Part shown: one piece after another, positions 1 through 10,300 of the stretch
How positions within the stretch are numbered: position 1 is the first letter of the stretch
Layout of the letters: each line of letters begins with the position of its first letter
Assembly (NCBI RefSeq): GCF_009914755.1
Contig: NC_060946.1
Source: the human T2T-CHM13v2.0 reference genome, Homo sapiens
Strand: one strand, 5' to 3'
DNA length: 64,000 nucleotides
Notes under the pieces: model-generated
What the model saw: the letters and a program-made list of their open reading frames with translations, nothing else
What the model was told of the DNA's origin: nothing
Database searches by the model: none
Made by a program: the position numbers and the translations under genes

Positions 1-122
1 ATTCAACGAAAAGTGTTTTTCAGAACTGCTCTATCAAAAGAAAGATCCACCTCTGTTAGCTGAGTTCACACATCCAAACAAGTTTATTAGAATGCTTCTG
101 TCTAGTTTTTATTTGAAGATAT

Positions 123-139
123 TTCCTTTCTCACCATAG
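123..139 (+). promoter_or_regulatory. pJ-alpha (A-box) motif of A-type monomers; 4 degenerate versions per HOR
   Basis: ttcctttctcaccatag resembles TTCCTTTTYCACCRTAG. Equivalents at the CENP-B-box-homologous position of alternate monomers are ttcccttttcaccgtag, ttccctttatcaccatgg and tttgctttttcaccgtag. Confidence 0.75.
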
Positions 140-289
140 ACCTGAAAGCTGTCCTAATGTTCACTTCCAGATACCACAGAAAGAGTGTTTAAAAACTGCT
201 GTACGAAAGGGAATGGTCAACTCTGTGACTTGAATGCACACATCACAAAGAAGTTTCTGAGGATGCTGCTGTCTACTTTTTATACGTAA

Positions 290-306
290 TCCCGTTTCCA
301 ACGAAA
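290..306 (-). promoter_or_regulatory. CENP-B box 1 of the HOR (recurs every 1364 bp)
   Basis: The + strand tcccgtttccaacgaaa is the reverse complement of TTTCGTTGGAAACGGGA, matching the 17-bp CENP-B box YTTCGTTGGAARCGGGA. Confidence 0.96.
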
Positions 307-631
307 TCCTCCAAGCTATCCAAATATCCACTTGCAGATTCCACAGAAAGACTGTTTCAAAACTGCTCTGTCAATAGAAAGGTTCAACTCTGTTAGCTGC
401 GTGCATATATCCCAAAGAAGATTCTGAGATTGCTTCTGTCTAGTTTTTATGGGAAGATATTCCCCTTTTCACCGTAGGTGTCAAGGCGCTCCAAATGTCC
501 ACTTCCAGATACTACAAAAAGAGTGTTTCAAACCTACTCTGTGAAAGGGAATATTCAACTCTGTGACTTTAATGCACATATCACAAAGAAGTTTCTGAGA
601 ATGCTTCTGTCGAGATTTTATATGAAGATAT

Positions 632-648
632 TCCCGTTTCCAAAGAAA
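632..648 (-). promoter_or_regulatory. CENP-B box 2 of the HOR, disrupted in this copy (TTCG to TTCT)
   Basis: tcccgtttccaaagaaa has C>A at 644 relative to the intact copy at 1996-2012, which alters the essential TTCG core. Confidence 0.9.
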
Positions 649-973
649 TCCTGAAATCTATCCAAATATCCCCTCACAGATTCTACAAAAAGAGTGTTTC
701 AAAACTGCTCTGTAAAAAGAAAGGTTCAACTCTGTTACTTGAGTACACACATCACAAACAAGTTTCACAGAATGCTTCTTTCTAGCTTGTAGGGGAAGAT
801 ATTCCGTTTATCACCATGGTCTTCAAACCGTCCGAAACGTCCACTTCCATATACTACAAAAAGAGCGTTTCAAACCTGCTCTATGAAAGGCAATGTTCAA
901 CTCTGTGACTTGAATGCAGACATCACAGAGCAGTTTCTGAGAATGCTTCTGTCTAGATTTTATAGGAAGATAT

Positions 974-990
974 TCCCGTTTCCAACGAAA
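974..990 (-). promoter_or_regulatory. CENP-B box 3 of the HOR (recurs every 1364 bp)
   Basis: tcccgtttccaacgaaa, an exact match to the canonical box on the minus strand. Confidence 0.96.
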
Positions 991-1315
991 TCTTCACAGC
1001 TATCCAAATATCCACTTGCAGATTCTACAAAAAGAGTGTATCAAAACTGCTCTGTCAAAAGGAAGGTTCTTCTCTGTTAGGTGAGTGCATACGTCATAAA
1101 GGAGTTTCTGAGAATGTTTCTGTCTAGTGGTTATGGGAAGATATTTGCTTTTTCACCGTAGGCCTCAGAGCGCTCCAAATATCCACTTGCACATACTACA
1201 AAAAGAGTGCCTCAAAGCTGCTCTTTGAAACGGAATGTTCAACTCTATGAGTTGAATGCAAACATCACAAAGACGTTTCTGAGAATGCTTCTGTCTAGAT
1301 TTGATATGAAGATAT

Positions 1316-1332
1316 TCCCGTTTCCAACGAAA
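1316..1332 (-). promoter_or_regulatory. CENP-B box 4 of the HOR (recurs every 1364 bp)
   Basis: tcccgtttccaacgaaa, an exact match to the canonical box on the minus strand. Confidence 0.96.
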
Positions 1333-4300
1333 TCTTCAAATCTATCCAAATGTCCACTTGCAGATTCAACAAAAAGTGTTTTTCAGAACTGCTCTATCAA
1401 AAGAAAGATCCACCTCTGTTAGCTGAGTTCACACATCACAAACAAGTTTATGAGAATGCTTCTGTCTAGTTTTTATTTGAAGATATTTCCTTTCTCACCA
1501 TAGACCTGAAAGCTGTCCTAATGTTCACTTCCAGATACCACAGAAAGAGTGTTTAAAAACTGCTGTACGAAAGGGAATGTTCAACTCTGTGACTTGAATG
1601 CACACATCACAAAGAAGTTTCTGAGGATGCTGCTGTCTACTTTTTATAAGTAATCCCGTTTCCAACGAAATCCTCCAAGCTATCCAAATATCCACTTGCA
1701 GATTCCACAGAAAGACTGTTTCAAAACTGCTCTGTCAATAGAAAGGTTCAACTCTGTTAGCTGCGTGCATATATCCCAAAGAAGATTCTGAGATTGCTTC
1801 TGTCTAGTTTTTATGGGAAGATATTTCCCTTTTCACCGTAGGCGTCAAGGCGCTCCAAATGTCCACTTCCAGATACTACAAAAAGAGTGTTTCAAACCTA
1901 CTCTGTGAAAGGGAATATTCAACTCTGTGACTTGAATGCACATATCACAAAGAAGTTTCTGAGAATGCTTCTGTCGAGATTTTATATGAAGATATTCCCG
2001 TTTCCAACGAAATCCTGAAATCTATCCAAATATCCCCTCGCAGATTCTACAAAAAGAGTGTTTCAAAACTGCTCTGTAAAAAGAAAGGTTCAACTCTGTT
2101 ACTTGAGTACACACATCACAAACAAGTTTCACAGAATGCTTCTTTCTAGCTTGTAGGGGAAGATATTCCCTTTATCACCATGGTCTTCAAACCGTCCGAA
2201 ACGTCCACTTCCATATACTACAAAAAGAGTGTTTCAAACCTGCTCTATGAAAGGCAATGTTCAACTCTGTGACTTGAATGCAGACATCACAGAGCAGTTT
2301 CTGAGAATGCTTCTGTCTAGATTTTATAGGAAGATATTCCCGTTTCCAACGAAATCTTCACAGCTATCCAAATATCCACTTGCAGATTCTACAAAAAGAG
2401 TGTATCAAAACTGCTCTGTCAAAAGGAAGGTTCTTCTCTGTTAGGTGAGTGCATACGTCATAAAGGAGTTTCTGAGAATGTTTCTGTCTAGTGGTTATGG
2501 GAAGATATTTGCTTTTTCCCCGTAGACCTCAGAGCGCTACAAATGTCCACTTGCACATGCTACAAAAAGAGTGCTTCAAAGCTGCTCTCTGAAAGGGAAT
2601 GTTCAACTCTATGAGTTGAATGTAAACATCACAAAGACGTTTCTGAGAATGCTTCTGTCTAGATTTGATATGAAGATATTCCCGTTTCCAACGAAATCTT
2701 CAAATCTATCCAAATGTCCACTTGCAGATTCAACAAAAAGTGTTTTTCAAAACTGCTGTATCAAAAGAAAGATCCACGTCTGTTAGCTGAGTTCACACAT
2801 CACAAACAAGTTTATGAGAATGCTTCTGTCTAGTTTTTATTTGAAGATATTTCCTTTCTCACCATAGACCTGAAAGCTGTCCTAATGTTCACTTCCAGAT
2901 ACTACAGAAAGAGTGTTTCAAAACTGCTGTACGAAAGGGAATGTTCAACTCTGTGACTTGAATGCACACATCACAAAGAAGTTTCTGAGGATGCTGCTGT
3001 CTACTTTTTATACGTAATCCCGTTTCCAACGAAATCCTCCAAGCTATCCAAATATCCACTTGCAGATTCCACAGAAAGACTGTTTCAAAACTGCTCTGTC
3101 AATAGAAAGGTTCAACTCTGTTAGCTGCGTGCATATATCCCAAAGAAGATTTTGAGATTGCTTCTGTCTAGTTTTTATGGGAAGATATTTCCCTTTTCAC
3201 CGTAGGTGTCAAGGCTCTCCAAATGTCCACTTCCAGATACTACAAAAAGAGTGTTTCAAACCTACTCTGTGAAAGGGAATATTCAACTCTGTGACTTGAA
3301 TGCACATATCACAAAGAAGTTTCTGAGAATGCTTCTGTCGAGATTTTATATGAAGATATTCCCGTTTCCAAAGAAATCCTGAAATCTATCCAAATATCCC
3401 CTCGCAGATTCTACAAAAAGAGTGTTTCAAAACTGCTCTGTAAAAAGAAAGGTTCAACTCTGTTAGTTGAGTACACACATCACAAACAAGTTTCACAGAA
3501 TGCTTCTTTCTAGCTTGTAGGGGAAGATATTCCCTTTATCACCATGGGCCTCCAACCGTCCGAAACGTCCACTTCCATATACTACAAAAAGAGCGTTTCA
3601 AACCTGCTCTAGGAAAGGCAATGTTCAACTCTGTGACTTGAATGCAGACATCACAGAGCAGTTTCTGAGAATGCTTCTGTCTAGATTTTATAGGAAGATA
3701 TTCCCGTTTCTAACGAAATCTTCACAGCTATCCAAATATCCACTTGCAGATTCTACAAAAAGAGTGTATCAAAACTGCTCTGTCAAAAGGAAGGTTCTTC
3801 TCTGTTAGGTGAGTGCATACGTCATAAAGGAGTTTCTGAGAATGTTTCTGTCTAGTGGTTATGGGAAGATATTTGCTTTTTCACCGTAGGCCTCAGAGCG
3901 CTCCAAATATCCACTTGCACATACTACAAAAAGAGTGCCTCAAAGCTGCTCTTTGAAACGGAATGTTCAACTCTATGAGTTGAATGCAAACATCACAAAG
4001 ACGTTTCTGAGAATGCTTCTGTCTAGATTTGATATGAAGATATTCCCGTTTCCAACGAAATCTTCAAATCTATCCAAATGTCCACTTGCAGATTCAACAA
4101 AAAGTGTTTTTCAGAACTGCTCTATCAAAAGAAAGATCCACCTCTGTTAGCTGAGTTCACACATCACAAACAAGTTTATGAGAATGCTTCTGTCTAGTTT
4201 TTATTTGAAGATATTTCCTTTCTCATCATAGACCTGAAAGCTGTCCTAATGTTCACTTCCAGATACTACAGAAAGAGTGTTTCAAAACTGCTGTACGAAA

Positions 4301-7300
4301 CGGAATGTTCAACTCTGTGACTTGAATGCACACATCACAAAGAAGTTTCTGAGGATGCTGCTGTCTACTTTTTATACGTAATCCCGTTTCCAACGAAATC
4401 CTCCAAGCTATCCAAATATCCACTTGCAGATTCCACAGAAAGACTGTTTCAAAACTGCTCTGTCAATAGAAAGGTTCAACTCTGTTAGCTGCGTGCATAT
4501 ATCCCAAAGAAGATTCTGAGATTGCTTCTGTCTAGTTTTTATGGGAAGATATTTCCCTTTTCACCGTAGGCGTCAAGGCGCTCAAAATGTCCACTTCCAG
4601 ATACTACAAAAAGAGTGTTTCAAACCTACTCTGTGAAAGGGAATATTCAACTCTGTGACTTGAATGCAGATATCACAAAGAAGTTTCTGAGAATGCTTCT
4701 GTCGAGATTTTATATGAAGATATTCCCGTTTCCAAAGAAATCCTGAAATCTATCCAAATATCCCCTCGCAGATTCTACAAAAAGAGTGTTTCAAAACTGT
4801 TCTGTAAAAAGAAAGGTTCAACTCTGTTAGTTGAGTACACACATCACAAACAAGTATCACAGAATGCTTCTTTCTAGTTTGTAGGGAAAGATATTCCCTT
4901 TATCACCATGGGCGTCAAACCGTCCGAAACGTCCACTTCCATATACTTCAAAAAGAGCGTTTCAAACCTGCTCTATGAAAGGCAATGTTCAACTCTGTGA
5001 CTTGAATGCAGACATCACAGAGCTGTTTCTGAGAATGCTTCTGTCTAGATTTTATAGGATGATATTCCCGTTTCCAACGAAATCTTCACAGCTATCCAAA
5101 TATCCACTTGCAGATTCTACAAAAAGAGTGTATCCAAACTGCTCTGGCAAAAGGAAGGTTCTTCTCTGTTAGGTGAGTGCATACGTCATAAAGGAGTTTC
5201 TGAGAATGTTTCTGTCTAGTGGTTATGGGAAGATATTTGCTTTTTCACCGTAGGCCTCAGAGCGCTCCAAATATCCACTTGCACATACTACAAAAAGAGT
5301 GCCTCAAAGCTGCTCTCTGAAATGGAATGTTCAACTCTATGAGTTGAATGCAAACATCACAAAGACGTTTCTGAGAATGCTTCTGTCTAGATTTGATATG
5401 AAGATATTCCCGTTTCCAACGAAATCTTCAAATCTATCCAAATGTCCACTTGCAGATTCAACAAAAAGTGTTTTTCAGAACTGCTCTATCAAAAGAAAGA
5501 TCCACCTCTGTTAGCTGAGTTGACACATCCAAACAAGTTTATGAGAATGCTTCTGTCTAGTTTTTATTTGAAGATATTTCCTTTCTCACCATAGACCTGA
5601 AAGCTGTCCTAATGTTCACTTCCAGATACTACAGAAAGAGTGTTTAAAAACTGCTGTACGAAAGGGAATGTTCAACTCTGTGACTTGAATGCACACATCA
5701 CAAAGAAGTTTCTGAGGATGCTGCTGTCTACTTTTTATACGTAATCCCGTTTCCAACGAAATCCTCCAAGCTATCCAAATATCCACTTGCAGATTCCACA
5801 GAAAGACTGTTTCAAAACTGCTCTGTCAATAGAAAGGTTCAACTCTGTTAGCTGCGTGCATATATCCCAAAGAAGATTCTGAGATTGCTTCTGTCTAGTT
5901 TTTATGGGAAGATATTTCCCTTTTCACCGTAGGTGTCAAGGCGCTCCAAATGTCCACTTCCAGATACTACAAAAAGAGTGTTTCAAACCTACTCTGTGAA
6001 AAGGAATATTCAACCCTGTGACTTTAATGCACATATCACAAAGAAGTTTCTGAGAATGCTTCTGTCGAGATTTTATATGAAGATATTCCCGTTTCCAAAG
6101 AAATCCTGAAATCTATCCAAATATCCCCTCGCAGATTCTACAAAAAGAGTGTTTCAAAACTGCTCTGTAAAAAGAAAGGTTCAACTCTGTTAGTTGAGTA
6201 CACACATCACAAACAAGTTTCACAGAATGCTTCTTTCTAGCTTGTAGGGGAAGATATTCCCTTTATCACCATGGGCCTCCAACCGTCCGAAACGTCCACT
6301 TCCATATACTACAAAAAGAGCGTTTCAAACCTGCTCTAGGAAAGGCAATGTTCAACTCTGTGACTTGAATGCAGACATCACAGAGCAGTTTCTGAGAATG
6401 CTTCTGTCTAGATTTTATAGGAAGATATTCCCGTTTCCAACGAAATCTTCACAGCTATCCAAATATCCACTTGCAGATTCTACAAAAAGAGTGTATCAAA
6501 ACTGCTCTGTCAAAAGGAAGGTTCTTCTCTGTTAGGTGAGTGCATACGTCATAAAGGAGTTTCTGAGAATGTTTCTGTCTAGTGGTTATGGGAAGATATT
6601 TGCTTTTTCACCGTAGGCCTCAGAGAGCTCCAAATATCCACTTGCACATACTACAAAAAGAGTGCCTCAAAGCTGCTCTTTGAAACGGAATGTTCAACTC
6701 TATGAGTTGAATGCAAACATCACAAAGACGTTTCTGAGAATGCTTCTGTCTAGATTTGATATGAAGATATTCCCGTTTCCAACGAAATCTTCAAATCTAT
6801 CCAAATGTCCACTTGCAGATTCAACAAAAAGTGTTTTTCAGAACTGCTCTATCAAAAGAAAGATCCACCTCTGTTAGCTGAGTTCACACATCACAAACAA
6901 GTTTATGAGAATGCTTCTGTCTAGTTTTTATTTGAAGATATTTCCTTTCTCACCATAGACCTGAAAGCTGTCCTAATGTTCACTTCCAGATACTACAGAA
7001 AGAGTGTTTCAAAACTGCTGTACGAAAGGGAATGTTCAACTCTGTGACTTGAATGCACACATCACAAAGAAGTTTCTGAGGATGCTGCTGTCTACTTTTT
7101 ATATGTAATCCCGTTTCCAACGAAATCCTCCAAGCTATCCAAATATCCACTTGCAGATTCCACAGAAAGACTGTTTCAAAACTGCTCTGTCAATAGAAAG
7201 GTTCAACTCTGTTAGCTGCGTGCATATATCCCAAAGAAGATTCTGAGATTGCTTCTGTCTAGTTTTTATGGGAAGATATTTCCCTTTTCACCGTAGGCGT

Positions 7301-10300
7301 CAAGGCGCTCCAAATGTCCACTTCCAGATACTACAAAAAGAGTGTTTCAAACCTACTCTGTGAAAGGGAATATTCAACTCTGTGACTTGAATGCACATAT
7401 CACAAAGAAGTTTCTGGTAATGCTTCTGTCGAGATTTTATATGAAGATATTCCCGTTTCCAACGAAATCCTGAAATCTATCCAAATATCCCCTCGCAGAT
7501 TCTACAAAAAGAGTGTTTCAAAACTGCTCTGTAAAAAGAAAGGTTCAACTCTGTTAGTTGAGTACACACATCACAAACAAGTTTCACAGAATGCTTCTTT
7601 CTAGCTTGTAGGGGAAGATATTCCCTTTATCACCATGGGCCTCCAACCGTCCGAAACATCCACTTCCATATACTACAAAAAGAGCGTTTCAAACCTGCTC
7701 TATGAATGGCAATGTTCAACTCTGTGACTTGAATGCAGACATCACAGAGCAGTTTCTGAGAATGCTTCCGTCTAGATTTTATAGGAAGATATTCCCGTTT
7801 CCAACGAAATCTTCACAGCTATCCAAATATCCACTTGCAGATTCTACAAAAAGAGTGTATCAAAACTGCTCTGTCAAAAGGAAGGTTCTTCTCTGTTAGG
7901 TGAGTGCATATGTCATAAAGGAGTTTCTGAGAATGTTTCTGTCTAGTGGTTATGGGAAGATATTTGCTTTTTCACCGTAGGCCTCAGAGCGCTCCAAATA
8001 TCCACTTGCACATACTACAAAAAGAGTGCCTCAAAGCTGCTCTCTGAAACGGAATGTTCAACTCTATGAGTTGAATGCAAACATCACAAAGACGTTTCTG
8101 AGAATGCTTCTGTCTAGATTTGATATGAAGATATTCCCGTTTCCAACGAAATCTTCAAATCTATCCAAATGTCCACTTGCAGATTCAACAAAAAGTGTTT
8201 TTCAGAACTGCTCTATCAAAAGAAAGATCCACCTCTGTTAGCTGAGTTCACACATCACAAACAAGTTTATGAGAATGCTTCTGTCTAGTTTTTATTTGAA
8301 GATATTTCCTTTCTCACCATAGACCTGAAAGCTGTCCTAATGTTCACTTCCAGATACTACAGAAAGAGTGTTTCAAAACTGCTGTACGAAAGGGAATGTT
8401 CAACTCTGTGACTTGAATGCACACATCACAAAGAAGTTTCTGAGGATGCTGCTGTCTACTTTTTATACGTAATCCCGTTTCCAACGAAATCCTCCAAGCT
8501 ATCCAAATATCCACTTGCAGATTCCACAGAAAGACTGTTTCAAAACTGCTCTGTCAATAGAAAGGTTCAACTCTGTTAGCTGCGTGCATATATCCCAAAG
8601 AAGATTCTGAGATTGCTTCTGTCTAGTTTTTATGGGAAGATATTCCCCTTTTCACCGTAGGTGTCAAGGCGCTCCAAATGTCCACTTCCAGATACTACAA
8701 AAAGAGTGTTTCAAACCTACTCTGTGAAAGGGAATATTCAACTCTGTGACTTTAATGCACATATCACAAAGAAGTTTCTGAGAATGCTTCTGTCGAGATT
8801 TTATATGAAGATATTCCCGTTTCCAAAGAAATCCTGAAATCTATCCAAATATCCCCTCACAGATTCTACAAAAAGAGTGTTTCAAAACTGCTCTGTAAAA
8901 AGAAAGGTTCAACTCTGTTAGTTGAGTACACACATCACAAACAAGTTTCACAGAATGCTTCTTTCTAGCTTGTAGGGGAAGATATTCCCTTTATCACCAT
9001 GGGCCTCCAACCGTCCGAAACGTCCACTTCCATATACTACAAAAAGAGCGTTTCAAACCTGCTCTATGAAAGGCAATGTTCAACTCTGTGACTTGAATGC
9101 AGACATCACAGAGCAGTTTCTGAGAATGCTTCTGTCTAGATTTTATAGGAAGATATTCCCGTTTCCAACGAAATCTTCACAGCTATCCAAATATCCACTT
9201 GCAGATTCTACAAAAAGAGTGTATCAAAACTGCTCTGTCAAAAGGAAGGTTCTTCTCTGTTAGGTGAGTGCATACGTCATAAAGGAGTTTCTGAGAATGT
9301 TTCTGTCTAGTGGTTATGGGAAGATATTTGCTTTTTCACCGTAGGCCTCAGAGCGCTCCAAATATCCACTTGCACATACTACAAAAAGAGTGCCTCAAAG
9401 CTGCTCTTTGAAACGGAATGTTCAACTCTATGAGTTGAATGCAAACATCACAAAGACGTTTCTGAGAATGCTTCTGTCTAGATTTGATATGAAGATATTC
9501 CCGTTTCCAACGAAATCTTCAAATCTATCCAAATGTCCACTTGCAGATTCAACAAAAAGTGTTTTTCAGAACTGCTCTATCAAAAGAAAGATCCACCTCT
9601 GTTAGCTGAGTTCACACATCACAAACAAGTTTATGAGAATGCTTCTGTCTAGTTTTTATTTGAAGATATTTCCTTTCTCACCATAGACCTGAAAGCTGTC
9701 CTAATGTTCACTTCCAGATACCACAGAAAGAGTGTTTAAAAACTGCTGTACGAAAGGGAATGTTCAACTCTGTGACTTGAATGCACACATCACAAAGAAG
9801 TTTCTGAGGATGCTGCTGTCTACTTTTTATAAGTAATCCCGTTTCCAACGAAATCCTCCAAGCTATCCAAATATCCACTTGCAGATTCCACAGAAAGACT
9901 GTTTCAAAACTGCTCTGTCAATAGAAAGGTTCAACTCTGTTAGCTGCGTGCATATATCCCAAAGAAGATTCTGAGATTGCTTCTGTCTAGTTTTTATGGG
10001 AAGATATTTCCCTTTTCACCGTAGGCGTCAAGGCGCTCCAAATGTCCACTTCCAGATACTACAAAAAGAGTGTTTCAAACCTACTCTGTGAAAGGGAATA
10101 TTCAACTCTGTGACTTGAATGCACATATCACAAAGAAGTTTCTGAGAATGCTTCTGTCGAGATTTTATATGAAGATATTCCCGTTTCCAACGAAATCCTG
10201 AAATCTATCCAAATATCCCCTCGCAGATTCTACAAAAAGAGTGTTTCAAAACTGCTCTGTAAAAAGAAAGGTTCAACTCTGTTACTTGAGTACACACATC

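Larger units (their letters stand above)
290..1653 (-). repeat. One representative 8-mer HOR unit (4 A/B dimers of 342+342+342+338 bp)
   Basis: CENP-B box positions start at 290, 632, 974, 1316 and 1654. The 338-bp dimer contains a monomer 4 nt shorter (tctactttttatacgtaatcccg versus tctagattttataggaagatattcccg). Confidence 0.95.

Noticed and set aside
1075-1090. Splice-like ttag|gtgagt motif once per HOR
   Set aside because: A short motif expected by chance and fixed in the satellite consensus; no exon context or transcript evidence is available.
3702-3718. CENP-B box variant tcccgtttctaacgaaa (C>T at 3711)
   Set aside because: The change falls in a non-essential N position of NTTCGNNNNANNCGGGN, so it is not counted as a loss.
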